This document shows, piece after piece, positions 48,812-62,300 of a stretch of 64,000 nucleotides of DNA (within the stretch, counting starts at the first letter, position 1; every line of letters starts with the position of its first letter). The notes beneath the pieces were generated by a model. That model was not told the DNA's origin. It did no database searches and worked only from the letters and a program-made list of their open reading frames with translations. The stretch spans positions 2,294,001 to 2,358,000 of the forward strand of contig JAYWIR010000018.1 in NCBI GenBank assembly GCA_036172245.1. Reading direction: 5' to 3'. The stretch is from Raillietiella orientalis. Lineage: Eukaryota. The position numbers and the translations under genes were made by a program.

Positions 48812-49688
48812 TGATCTGCTGCGGCTGTTCTTCGTGCCCGAGGGACGATATGCTGCATCCACGCCATCATTACGGCCTGCCATGTTCTCGCGACGCAGAC
48901 GAAACGAAGGGAGGTCACCGTGATGGCAACCACCTACATGAGAACGGCTGCGTGGTGGTCCCACCTAGAAGAGGAAGTTAAGGCATGCATTACCGGCTCT
49001 AAAGAGAAGGAACAGCTGACACTGGTATCCCCTGTCTCCACCCTCCCCTTATTGATTTATTAACTGTCCCCTCCATTCTGTGGCTTATTTTTATATATCC
49101 CGACCTGTGTGTCGGTGGGTCCCCCTTTGCATTGCTTTTGTCTTCAGTCTGAGTTTCCAACTGGTTTATTTCATTATTATTATTATTAAATAAACTCTCC
49201 TGCATGATCATGTAAAAAATCTCCCAGTTTGGACTGTTTCATCTTCCTTCGCATCCAGGCAAGAGCCATTAGGAGCGGCTTCTCGGGATGAAGTCTGCAC
49301 TCTGCTCCCGTTTTGGCGATCCAGCTGTTGCTCGCACTTAGCTGAAGATGGCGTGCAAGGAGGTGACTGGTAGACCCGAAGATGTGACCGTTCTTCGGTT
49401 CTGAGGAAGCATCATGGGACAGTTGGAGCGTCCCTACGATGCGCGTCCATCCCTGCCGCAACCCAGGGAACTCCAGCAGCACGTGCGAAAGGGTTCTCAC
49501 GGTTCAGCAGAGCGCACATTCCTTGGGGGCCCTCCTTACGGATGCGTAAGAGCGTTTCTAATTCTGTGGCAGGTCTGGCATACCAGCAAGATGGCCATGT
49601 AATGAAACTGGGCCAAGCAAAACGACTATCGATCTGCAAACATCAACCCTCTTTCAAGAGCGATTGAATCCAATCGAAGAACATTCGA

Positions 49689-50792
49689 ATGATAAATTCA
49701 AGCAGCTTCCAGAAGCTTCGGAGGAACTTCGGAGGAGAGGGGGGGACTACAAACTGCCTGCTATCTCGAAATGATGCAAAGCGAGAGGGTTTTAGAGCGC
49801 ATGGATGGAGTACCGTAGTCAGAGAGAACCAGGTCCTCGCACTTGCATATACAGAAAGGAGCTGGCTGGAGGACCTAAACAGAGAAGTCAAAGAAGATAC
49901 TGAAAACAAGGCATGGCTGGATGGACTTCAGAGGGTCAAAGGAGTGCCGGGCATCCGAAGGACGCCAGAAGATACAGGACGACCGCTTTTTTTTTCAAAC
50001 ATCCCGCCTTGGACCGCGGGGGAAGTGCGTCTCCCCCTCCGTGCGCTGGGCGACATCCATTCCTCTGGGGAAGGATCGACAGCTCTGGTGCTCGGAGGAG
50101 GAAATGAGGTGCTGGACCGCCTTCGGCAGAAGGCGGCGGTGGAGAGCGCCCTACCCGTCATCATCCTCGTCCGCCGCTTGGTTGGGTAGCGAAAGGATGA
50201 GGACTCCTCGCAGTATCTACGCACCCGTCCGTTCCTCCTAACTCCCCGTGCAAGGCGCCTGCGCGAGCGCACGCGAGTTTCTCCTTTGCCTTCCTCCAGG
50301 CACGAGCGCTGAGGAAATCGCTGACATCCCTGTCGGGAAAAAAAAAGGAAGGAACGTCCACCCTGGATTCGGCAATGCTAAGGATGCGAGCACACTGCTC
50401 CCAGGTGGGACAGTGAGCGAAAGCAGGAATCCTCCCGGAACACCCAAAGATCGAAAGGAGGGCACGGGAAGATGCACGCTGGTGTTGGGGTGTATTGGTA
50501 GCTGGATGGCTCATCTCCCTCTCCACCAGAACCTGATCCTGCCAGCCAATCAGTCTGATTTTTACGATCCTCTGTCAAGACGGTGCAGCTGCCCATCCTC
50601 ATCTTCGTTGATGCATCTCCAAAGAACATAAAGGTCGTTTCTCTCCTCGGGACGCAATCGGACCCGCACAACGATGCGACCAAATGCAGTCGTCTGATTC
50701 GTCGCGGAGTCATCGATACATCAAGGCGTTGTCGCGGGCTATCTGTACTGGACACTGCGAAGACTAACTGGAAACTGATAAAAGAAGAATAA
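49689..50792 (+). mobile_element. LINE ORF1-like coding remnant (best copy of a family with 3-4 copies here)
   Basis: Consecutive frameshifted ORFs 49689-50189, 50248-50631 and 50583-50792. LFFSNIP resembles an RRM RNP2 motif. Homologous blocks lie at 2-3 kb and 8-8.6 kb, the latter directly upstream of an AP endonuclease remnant. Confidence 0.55.
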
Positions 50793-53589
50793 AATCCTCA
50801 CGATCCAGGAGTTTCCCGCCCAACTTCTGTTCCGAAGGCTGCAGATATCACTAACGAGTAGTCTCGCGCTAACGAGTAGTCTGCGCGCGGGCGGTTTCCC
50901 TATGGAGGACGGGAAACCCAGACGGAATCATTGCGAGCTGGAAAGCGGCGAGCTGCGAGATGAAGCCAGTGGACCGAACTCTGACACAAACCGGGAGCCC
51001 TGGATCTCGCTCCCCGGGCAGGTGCCAGGCTCACCACATATGCTTCCCGGGGGAAAAAATGCAGCGCCTCGACCTAAAAAAGTGGGTTCGATCGACCGAC
51101 GTCAGGCAGATCTGAAGGAGGAGCGCCGTCCTCGCAGGGCAACCAATTCTCCATCCAGGAAGCTGCACCTTGGGCAAGGAGAAAGATTCTGATGACATGG
51201 CGACCGTGCAACGGAACGTCACTATAAAAGTGTCGAACGTTATCTTTAACTATGGCTACGAGCAAACAGGCTTACCAAGACTGCTTCGTAGCAAATCTCC
51301 TCGGGGGAAAAAAAAAAAAAAACATGAAATACAGAGATGGAAAAGAACGAGGATGGTTGCAAGCAGCTCCACTTTTTTGCCTGCAAGACTCGTGTAGAGT
51401 GGAAGGGATGTCTGATTTTGCTTGGGATCAATTTCAGCTTCCGCCTTGATTCCTCGATCTTGTTTGCGGTCTAAAAATCAATTTCCATGGGGATTTCGAT
51501 CCAGGTGGAAACTGATTGTTAGAAAGATGATGGCGGGACGATGGTCAAAACACTTCTAAATGACCTCAGGACCTCAGTAATTTTCGATGATCCTCATCCC
51601 AACTTATAAACACAAGTAACGAAGGCTGGACCGATCTTCTGCTTTTGTTTTTCAAGGTGAGAAACTCTGGGCTGAATCTTCCGCAGGAGGTGGAGACTTC
51701 CCACACCCGAGGAGTCGAAGGTGAAACGCCTGTTGAAAGACCGCAGCTTACAAAAGGATTGATGGAGGGCAGATTTCTGGTAGGGGGCGCTCAGCATCCC
51801 TACCATGAACGTTTCTCGAAGGAAGAGGAAATACCGTGAAGCCTTCGATGATTCTTCATGGAGCTGCAAAGAGACGATCCGCACGACGACATTTTCGTTT
51901 TTTAGGAGCCGCAGTTTTCAGGGTCACCAAGATGCACCCAGTGTGTCCACAGTCTTCTTACCATGCCGAAGCGTGTTTCCTGTTGGTAGCAAATTTCCTG
52001 TGTTGAAGTTGGGAGCTAGATCAAGGTTCCTTATGCACAACATCGGGGACCTCGAGCTAGCTGGAAGGTGCGGAAGGCGAACGGGGAAATCTCTGCTATG
52101 CCCATGCAGCTGTTCTTGCAGTCACTATGAATCTCTGATGGAATTCACTCGGAACACACTCGGAAAAAGGCTCCGCCACCGGTCGCGGCTGCTGCCCTTC
52201 AGACTCTCTTGCCCATCGTCCTCGTTCCCATGTGAATAATTCGTCTGACAGCGGCGTTCTTGCATCCATGTTAATGAGGCACCGATTGCAAATAAAAGTA
52301 CATTAACGAGACTTCTTGCGTTGCCCCGCTCCCCGGCCATCTAAGGCTTCCCGTGGTTTGCTTCTGAATTATGAATTTCTTGTTAATTGTCTTGTAATGC
52401 GCTCCACTTTCTGGCTTCGGCTTCCAGCGGTCTCTTTCTGCTCGCGAGGGCCTCTGCTGGCCTCGCAGCGCCCGCAACCTCCCCGCCCAGCCCTCCGCTT
52501 CGCGCGAAGCGGCCACCAGGAGCAGCAAAGTTCAGAGGAATGACAATTGGGCGCGACACCTCTCGAACTGGGACGGGAAAGACCGACAGAACCGTCTATA
52601 GGACTGAGGGGGGGCGCGCGCGACCCCGTACTTTGCTGAAGACGGCTCCCAACAGATCTCCTCCCCTTCCCCCTTTCACACGGCACGGTTTTTCGAACGC
52701 GCCGACCGTCCCATCTCCCTTCTGTCCATTCCACCCTGGAGCTTTCCCAAGCTGCAGCTTTTGAGAAGCTGAAAAATAAAGGCATCCGGGGAATGGAAGG
52801 ATCGCGAAGCATCCCGGGTGATGGACGGATGCACCGTTGCCACGCGTGAAAGAGCAACGCGAGGACTGTGTAACTTGGCAGCAGTTTAAGATGCCAGTAA
52901 ACGTGGCTTGTGGGGAAAGACACAGGCCACATCGACCGGTGAGGGGACACCGGAAATAAAGCGACGGGAAAACCGGAAACGATCAGCGATTTCTTGGAAG
53001 CACAGGAACCAGACTCTTGGTCGCAAAAGCGTAGCAGAAGAATTGGAGCAGCATCCTGCTGAAGCACACTGTCGGAATCAAGGAGAGGCAAAATCTAGCT
53101 GCTCCTCCTCCACTCGGAAATCGCTACCACGACGGAGGAGCCTCAGGGAGCCACGATTCTTGCGAACGCTGCTTGAGCTAGGGTGCGCTCGTCTGCATGG
53201 AAACGCGCGCTGCCGACAAGGCCGTTCCCTGAAAGAAATCATCCCACATGCGTCGTAAGGAGTGAAAGATGATCAATTGGTCCTTTTCTTTTTTTTTTGC
53301 TTTGCTGCACGTTTAGTAAACGAAAGATAATTCCTGCAAGAATTTTCAAAAGCTGAGGAAAAGTCCATGCATCACATTGCAGGTGCCGCCAACTGCTCTA
53401 CTGGAAGTCGCAAAGATAAAGAAAGTACCGATCCTTCTTTATTCTGGAAAGTTCTGCAAGCAGCATCTCTTTCCCAATTATGAATCGCAGTCCGAGTGAT
53501 GCTTGAAAGCAGATTGCGGAAGTCAAATCCGCACAGCTCCACTGGATCACACGCATGTCTCTGCGTAAGATAGTAACTCATGGTCATTA

Positions 53590-54490
53590 AAAAAAAAAAA
53601 AAAATCCAGGATGAGGATGACCAAGGATAATAAGCAAAACGATAAATCGATAGCAGTCTTGCAGGAGGGGAGGAGGGTCTCGTTTGCTGCAAAATCTGAT
53701 GAGAGGTTTGTAGATCTTCGATTGAAACATCCGGATCCTCAGAACGGCTTCCAGCTGCGGCCTCGTGACTTCGCCAGAAAACAGCACATCATCCGCATAG
53801 AAGATAAAGAATCTTTCTCGAAGAATGCGATCCAGAAAAAAACGTTCAGGGGACGGTTCAAGGATTAGGTGACGGTGGACAGCCGGGGTTGGCAAGATTC
53901 CTGCCATTCCTCCGACCGGAGAGAACGAAATGAGTCCAATTTAATTTGATTTGGCATGGGTGGTTCAGAAGAGAGGTCTGGGATTTTAGAGCAGCAGAGG
54001 GTGTGGTCTTTAAAAGCAGCAACCATGTGCCACTCATTCCATTAAGATTAATTATAGCTCGAAAGTGGAGAACGTGTTGTGGTTACTTCAAGCACGTCTT
54101 CAATGGAGGAAAGAGCCCAAAGCAGAAATTGCGTGATGAAGGGTGAAAAGTGAAAGCGCGCCTTCGCAAGGAAGGTCTGGATTGATTGTCCCACATTCAC
54201 GTTTGCTATCGCCATTTCTAAAGTGAACCTATTCAGCATCGATCTTTTTTTTTTCTCTCTACAGAAACCTTGAAAACGTGTCACGTCGGCTGGAAGGAGT
54301 TTTCCACGTGGACTACGAAAAGCCTTGAGCACGAGCATGGAGAAAAATCCCATGGATTCTGGATTCAGAAAAAACTCCGAAGAGCGAACCGACATCAGGA
54401 AGATATGCAACCGGGATACCAGTGAGAACAAACCCTTGCTTGGTCGATGGATGTGATCAATAAAATCGAGAAGTCCAATTCCAGATTGCA
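53590..54490 (-). mobile_element. Non-LTR RT remnant with intact YADD
   Basis: IFYADDVLF at 53805-53779 (YADD at 53799-53788). The upstream FQGFCRExxxRS (QxGFRxxRS-like) at ~54270 is at a plausible spacing. Confidence 0.7.
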
Positions 54491-55071
54491 TGATCCTGTT
54501 TCATGCAATGTAGAAGCGAAGCCGGACGGATGCTGATTCTGCTGATACGGAGCGGAAAATACGAAAAGCATGAGGGGTCTTTCAACGGGATCGTTTGGTA
54601 GGATACATGGTTTTGGGTGCGCATGAAGGGCGGGTTATTTCAAGTTCAGCCCAAGTGCAACCCATTCCGGATGGCGGAAGACCTCTTGAGCGAAGCGTAG
54701 CAACAACGATCCGGGATTCCTCAGGCTAACCAAAGTCCCATATGCAGCATGGTCAGGATTTCATCGGCACTGAAGGAAACTCTGCAAATTTGCATGCAAA
54801 AAATTTGCTAGTAAGGGAAGACGCACCTTGGTATCGCAAGAAGCCTGATGACACGGTTGTGCATTTGTATCTTGGCGACTCGGAAAACTGCGGCTCCTGA
54901 AACACGAAAATTCCCCTCTAACAGTGAAGGGATATCACTGCTTTTTTATGCTTTCCTCGAGCTAAAAAATTCCATGTTGTTTCCGAACCGGAAGCGGAAG
55001 ATTTTTTTCATTCCCACTCCAGTAATTTTATTAACAACCATGAAATCTTAAAATGCCAGAAAATCACCGAC

Positions 55072-56764
55072 GGGATCTTGGCCGATGGAAAAAGATAGCA
55101 ATAAGGTGGCTTCTAATTATTTCATGCTGCTTGAGCTGAGTTGCACGCTGTATCTCCTTGTCTGAAGTGAAATATTGCTATCCTTGTAATGAGGAGATTA
55201 TAAATTCATGGTGTGAAGTGACCAAAAAAAAAAAAAAATTTGAAGATCAAAGCGAATGGAGCTGATGAAAGGTGAATTCGGATTCAGACTCCGTGGGTGT
55301 TGAAACTTTTAGAAGAAACCTATTCGGCTATGGAAACCACTGGAAAAAAATGAAGAAAAAACGTCTCCTTAACTAAAAAGGCGCTGCATAGAAACAGATT
55401 CAGAGTTTCTTCGTTATGCTGGTTGCTACTGTAGTCGATGAGAAGCGGTCAACAACGCCACAGAGGTCAGCTACATAACCAAGGAGGCTGAACAGCATTA
55501 TGAGGTGTCTCGGAACAAAAATTTACCATTTTTAGTTTCATTAGGGAGCTCGGCTAGCAAATTGTGAGAATTTGAATTCTGGAAGAAACTAAAAGCTCCT
55601 CTCTTCCGGAGGCTTCCTAGCTCTAAAACTGTGATCCTTTGATGATCCCTCGCAAATCTCTGAATATCCCTCTAATAAAAAGAATGACTGTGTTGATGAG
55701 TATTCAAACTTCGTGGAGACACAACCTCTGGAAAAGAAGGAAATCATTCGCTGACAGCTTGGAAAAGAGTAGCCGCATCGAAAGTGGTAGCATCGGAATG
55801 TCCAGCATCAACCATGTGCACCAAACGCTCACCATTTTAGTAACCATGGGTCACCATGCCGCTATGCAGCGTATGCTTTCCTGCCTTATCTGATATTTGT
55901 TTATTATCCGCTATTCTGCTGAAATCTCTAATTGCTGCCATGACGCCTCTACATATTTTAGCTTCGATGCCTGTGGTTCCGCTAGATCCTCCTCAAGATC
56001 TACTTTAAATACTTTTTCCGATCCTTTTGATTTCATATATTAAAAGAACTCTATGGTTCACTCAGCGTCTCCGTCATAGGAACGAGCAGATTTTTGCAAG
56101 GACATCATTTGCCGTATTACTTCAGAGAGGAATGGGATCGACTGTCCTCCGTGTCATGGCGATGCTTGTTTGTGAACAGCCCAGACACTCTCTGAGCATC
56201 CATATTCCGAGCAGGAATGGCTGCTAAATCCATCGCTGTGATGCAGAGAAGGACGGTGGCACTGCAAGAACTGTTTGCGAAATAAAATGACGCACATGCA
56301 ACGACAGAACATGGTTTTTTTTTTTTTTTTTCGAATGTTGAAGAAGGTTTTGGGTCTTCGCTGGAACAGAGCGGCAAGCAGCAGCTCAGAGGTCACACAC
56401 GCAGTAGATTGAGTGCAAAGTTTCAGTTTATTCCGTGGTCGATTCAAAATCCTCTCGCCGTCTCAATCCTTTGCTTTGGATCGGTGCTTCGTGCCAAACA
56501 AAAAAAGTTCGGGCGGCCATGTCGCACTCGAGCTGTTTGTTTGCTTTTTCTTCTTTCTTCCTCCTTTTTTTTTTTTCTCCCGAGAAGGAAGTGCAAGGCC
56601 TCGCAGTTGAACTCGTGCCCATAGCGACAGCACCGCGAATCCATCAGAAAGTCTGTGTGGAACCGAAAATCCGGAATCTTGGTCCATGGAAGAAGATAGC
56701 AACAAGGTGGCTTCTAATTATATATTCCATACTGCTTGAGCTTGAGATTCACGCTGTATCTTCC
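55072..56764 (+). repeat. Direct repeat of ~90 bp (55072-55157 and 56672-56764)
   Basis: Both copies read GGrATCTTGGyC.ATGGAA.AAGATAGCAAyAAGGTGGCTTCTAATTAT...CATrCTGCTTGAGCT.GAG...CACGCTGTATCT; roughly 80% identical by eye. Confidence 0.9.
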
Positions 56765-56864
56765 TGCTAGACAACTCGCGAACGCTGGAGAAAACCTTGT
56801 CACCAAGAGTCACTTGTTGCTAAGGTTTCCTGCTTTTCACTTTCCCTTTTGGTGAGTAGCATTT

Positions 56865-56890
56865 GTGTGTGTGTGTGTGTGTGTGTGTGT
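56865..56890. repeat. (GT)13 microsatellite
   Basis: Read directly from the sequence. Confidence 0.95.
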
Positions 56891-58899
56891 TTCCATTATT
56901 TTGGCACGGAGATAGTCTGAAATTTTCACTTTAGTTTTTGGAACCTTGGAGATTTTTGGAGAAAAGGAAACCAAAGCACCAAGTCGAGGGATGCTCCAGG
57001 ATGCAGGAGGAACAGTTGTAACCTTTCAGATGATGTGTGCGGCTCGATTTTTTCCTTGAGCTGCAGGAACTTTAGTGGTTTCGGCTGATAAACATCGCAG
57101 CTTCCCACGAAGCAGTAGTTCAGAAAATCAGCACTTTCTTTCACTTGGCAGACTGAATGGGAGGAAACTCGAAGACGAGAGCGACCAATTGATCTCGTTT
57201 GTACCACACCACAAGACGGAACGGTTGGTTCGCTTCCCATGTTTTCACCCCGCTGTTTACAAACACTCTTCGGCAGAACATCTCGAAGCTGAGCTAATTC
57301 AACACCACCCTCTGGCTTTTTTCAAGATGATTTCGTTTAGGGAGCATTATCTCCATCCTCTCAAGAAAGTTTATTTTTTTGTTGAAGATGTGTGGATTTT
57401 ATGTTGCCATTGTTTTTTTTTTCCTTGGAAAACAGAAGTCAGGGAAGAAAAAAAACCAGAGGTTGCAATCATGCTAAGTTTTCATCTTGAAAGGTACTCT
57501 CTACAAAGGAAGAATATATATACAGTCACGCCTTCCATTATTTTGGCCTCCCTCGCAAGCACACTGTCCCTCAAATTCGAGACCCCCCTCATGCATGCTT
57601 CAAATGAAGGATTCAAGCTACGCACTTGAGGAAGAAGAAAAACCTGCTCCCCCAAAAAAGGACCATCGTTAAATAATTATGATGAAATCGTTCGTTATTA
57701 ATTCAGAGAGGCCTCTCTAGGCAAGTGCGAACTTGGGAGCCCCGGAGAATCAATATTCGAAACGGTTTGGCAATTAAGCATTAGTCATTTCGTTCAGTGG
57801 CAACTGTCCCGTTAGATTAAATGCTTCTCCCTTCTGCGTCCCTTAAGAATGGCCAAATTCATCTTTTTCGTGTAAGTATTGTCTTTCCTAAAGAATATTT
57901 TGCTTCTGTCTAAAAACGCTCATTTGCAAGTGTCCATTCTGTAGCTGCTAAGGCTGCAGATAGGAATTTGGTTCTGTTCCCAAATGTCGGGTGCAGTGGG
58001 TTCCGAGAAACTCCCTGAAGTCGATGCCATCTGTTGGGATGCACAGAAACGCTTGGGATTTTGCTTCCTGTTGGGAATAGTACGAATAGTACGAGCGGAA
58101 CACCTCGAATGCAAATTTGAAGAAGATTTAGGAATGGGATCTTAAAGCCTGAGGATTTGAGTGTGTTGTCTTCGTGGAAATCTGCAGAAGCAAGATATTC
58201 CTCATTAAATTTGTAGATGCTCACAATTTTGCAGACGTTTTACGTTTTATGCGCGTTGGGAATGTACGCAGGGAATAGTCATACGTGTTGAATGCAGTGT
58301 AAGATACTTCCATGGATACTGTACTGGAAAATCCGCCCATTTCCGCATGTGCTAGGATACGAATTAGGATGATAAATTTCCAGTATAGGTATTAATCATT
58401 GCAAAAGATGCTGATGAAATCGATCGTTAATCGTTAAATCTCGGTGCTGGTGGAACTCTGAAGGGATTTGCCGCACGAGCGTTTTAATGCAGGAATCTTT
58501 CTAATAGTCTTCACATTTCAAAAACTGGCACGTTCCAAGACGTTGGACTCCTCCGAACACGCTGCAGATTCTGACAGGTCGAATCTCTCAAAGATCAATT
58601 CACAGAATCCCAAGCGCACTCGGGAACGACAAACTGGGAAGCTTGGGATGGGCCTCCATAATCAAATCAAACCCGGAATATCCAGGAAAAGTGCATCTCC
58701 CTATTGCTCTTGCCATGGGCAGTGCATGATCGTTTCATTAACTAGAACTCAACCACGAAAGGAATGAGAAGTTTTCCGGCAGAAAACGCAAACTTCGCGT
58801 TTTTCCTTTCTTCTTCAGTATTTATTTCCTTCCATTTCAGCTCGAAATTACGGACTGTAATTGTAAATTGGAGATATTTCTTGGAGACGGCGAAACAGT

Positions 58900-61800
58900 A
58901 GTTGACAACTACAGGAGGAGAGTATCGAGAGAAAGCCTCAGTAGCAAGAAGAATTCACACTCACGTGAAAAGCGCGCCAAGGAAAATCTTGAAACGTGAA
59001 TCTCAGGAAGCCAAGTCATCAAAAGGCGGAGTTTTCCTAGGGGATCCTCTCTCTTCCTGGGAAGGTGGATTTCGATTCGCAGAACGAAAACGGCGTATTC
59101 TGTGCGGTCACTCAAGGTGACTCGCAAGACCACCACGGCAAGCTGTTACGCTGGACGGAAAGAACGTCAGTTCCGCGATCCTGCGTGCTTTTCCCTTCTT
59201 TTCCAAGATGCTCCTGATCCGGCGCCTCTCTGAAGTAAGCCAGCCAGCCGGTCACCTCATGCTCTCTCAGAATGCTTCCCGACGAGGCAAAAAGCTTCAA
59301 AACAGTTCTCTAAGTGTGCAATTCCACAGCACCACACTTCATGACATCGCCTCCTAGCTGTCCGCAACTGGTATTCCTGCTTCGCTGTCCTCTTTCTACT
59401 TCTTCTCTCCTTGGACACGGGAAGTGGACCAGCAAGCAGATCCACGAAATGTGTGTGTACACTTCATCGGAAATCTCTCTGCGTGGACGCATCAGTGCGA
59501 ACATGTGAGGACAAAAACTGCTGCTTGCATTCAGCGTGCTTTTCATTGAGAATCTGTAACGCGGGATGATATGGATGATGTGGATTCGGTGAATCCATCT
59601 TTGCGGATGCTAGAAGATCAAAGGTTCATTCAGTAGAAGGCCAAACTGGAGCGCTGAATGGCAAAATGGAAAGCCAAGGATAAACTTTGGAGCCACTCCG
59701 GGAGCAAAAGGGATCACCAATCAGTGAACAGCTGCTTCTGCAAGAAAAACGTATGGGAAAATGGGTCGTGTGACGTAAAGTTAGTCGATCCTCAAGCAGA
59801 CGTCAGTGCTCCCAGCTCACGTTTCCAAAGAACATCGTGCTGCTGTGATAAGGGAATGCACGAAAGTAGGCATCTCGAGTCACGCTGAGCAACTGATTCC
59901 AGCTGAGCGTGACTAGAGGTGAGCCACGCTCAGCTACGGGACTTACCCTTTAGGCAACGGAAAAGCCATTGCTCGCCCAAAAAACGGCTCCGAGGAAGCA
60001 GGAAAATTCGTGACGAAACGGGAGACTTCCCGCAATAGCGCCGTTTCCAGGGACTCCTCCACAATTTCGACACCCTTATTCTCCATGGAATTTGCCGTTT
60101 TCTCCAGTGCTGCATTTCTGGAGACAGCGTTCGGAGGGCTCCATCGTGACCGGGAGGAAGCTCATGTGGAACACCGCTGATTATAAGGACTATGGGAAGC
60201 AAGAGTAGGACGAGGCGATCTCGCGATGACAAAACCACCCAGCAGATCACAGCTGCGCAAGTGCAACACTTTGTATCCGATGGGCAACCAGGGACCACTC
60301 TCTGGGAAGGAGGATTTCTGAAGAAGCTTCCCTATTCGCGCATTCCGCTCCTGCACGCCACGGCAGGCCACCGAGCGGGCACGGGTTTCAAGTTAGCAGC
60401 TCTCTGCTCCTGAGCGACGACGATTCCAGCAGCCAACGAGCCGAGTGATTCATGCAGACAACAACTCTTCGTGATGACATTATCCCCTGCTGTTCTGCGG
60501 CAGGTCATGCATTCGTGGGGGTTGCTGTTGTCGAGAAGTTCTCCATGGCATCGCGGCGATCAGTTCGTCCGCGAACGACTCTTTCCTCCCATCCTCCGAG
60601 TGAAGGAAACGGAAATGCTGCAAAGACGCGGAGCAGGGAAACGACGCTCCATCGCTTCGTGAGGAAAAGATACGGCCTTCCTCGCAATTAGCCGCACGCC
60701 AATCGGCCCGCAGCTACCGGGGGCAGACATTCATCCTTCGAATCCTTCAAGAACTCAACCGTCAGAGTTTCTGCTTCCGCTCCGGAGCGAGAGTGACTTC
60801 CTGCTTGCAGTGATGGAGATCAGGTTACGAGCACCCAGGATCACGATCTCTCTTCCGACGAACGTGGGCTTCCCCGACACGGAAACAGCGCTTTTCCTGC
60901 CTTTCGTTCCCGAACACAATCGCATTCTCACCGTTCCCGGAAAGGCGAGACTCGAGAACGGCGCTCGGGAAGCTTTCGTTTCCCTGCCGCGATCCGAAGT
61001 CGAAGCTCCAGGTCTTGGGAAGGTCAGGAAACTAGGGACGAACGGCAGATCGTCAAGCAGACGATCAAGCAGCAAACAGCAATCCCCATCCTCGCATTCT
61101 TAAAGAGCAGCAGCTGCTTTGATATTGGTCCTATCAGCTTTCCTAGCCTGTCCTCTCATTTTTTTTCTTCTTTCTCTCCACCATGCTAGGATCTTCAGGG
61201 AAATTATGTCCCTGCACGTGAGAGACATCATCCCTCCCGGGTACAACTCGGAGATGAGAGCTCCTGGTAAGTGACCAAGGGTTCCTCCTGCCTCCTGTTT
61301 GCAGTACCTCGTCGACGATCCACTGCGACCGCAGTCGCCACGTCTTCTCCCTCAGTCCCGAGGACGGTCCCCTCCCCTATCCCAACGTCGCAATAGGATC
61401 GTTTATTATTCGTGAGAGTGATGGCTCCATCCCGAAACGAAAAATCCATCCTCTCCACACGCTTCCGGACACGGTAACAGGGACCGGGGAAGCGAAGGTG
61501 GATATCGACCACACCCGAGGAGTAGAATCGAGAAGCATCTGGGCGGGGAAGCAGCACATTCGCCAGCAGATGGGGGTCACCTGAGCGAGGGCTCAAGGAT
61601 GCGCCTTGGGATGATGACAGAAATTTCGCAAACGAAAGCAGTCAGGAATGCGTAGCCTTCAGTGGAAAGGTGATCGGGGATGGAAACGGAACTCCAGAGC
61701 TGCATCCAATTTCCAGCTCCCTCTTTCAGAAAACACAAAAGCTAAGGATCGTGGAGGGAAGGGGAAGTTGCGGACGGAAGGCACTGCCCCCAGCAACGCG

Positions 61801-62300
61801 TTCTTTCACGGAAACTTCTCGAATCTGGGCGGTTTGGAGTGTCCGAAAGTTCCGCTACTGAGCTTAGAGACCGTGGACCACCTCCGCACGTTTTCCTCCG
61901 TCGAGAAGGTCGGAACCTCTGCGTGGGAGACCAGCGGGGTCGCTCAGGGATGGTGTCCCCGAATCGATGTCACGGGATTTCCAGCATGGGCTGGGGCGCA
62001 CTCCATGGTGCTCCAGGACAGATGCCTGGAAATCCGCCTTCGTCTCTCGAACCGGCGCTTCCTTGGCAACGGTTCCGACCGCATCGCTTTCCCCGAGACC
62101 CAGGTCTTTCCAGCCCATGAGGATCTGGAAACCCAGCGAGACGCGCGCGCTAATCGTGGCGGAGGAGTCTCATCCTCCTGGCAAGTAGATCCTGTATCTT
62201 CGCGCTCCGAGAGGACGGTGGGATCCCCCCGACGAGGCCTCCCACAGGAAGAGGGCGAAGAAGAGGGAGGGAGGCAAGATGGAACGAGAAAGCCGTTCCC
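58900..62300 (-). mobile_element. Decayed L1-clade LINE ORF2 (endonuclease to RT)
   Basis: Minus strand, in order: VPTFS (~61910), LSDTP (SDH-like, ~61845), RGSWKLDAAL (WKLN-like, 61724-61695), PPGHDG (~60150), LPKG (~59950) and a frameshifted AF-DDL (~59020). Confidence 0.65.
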
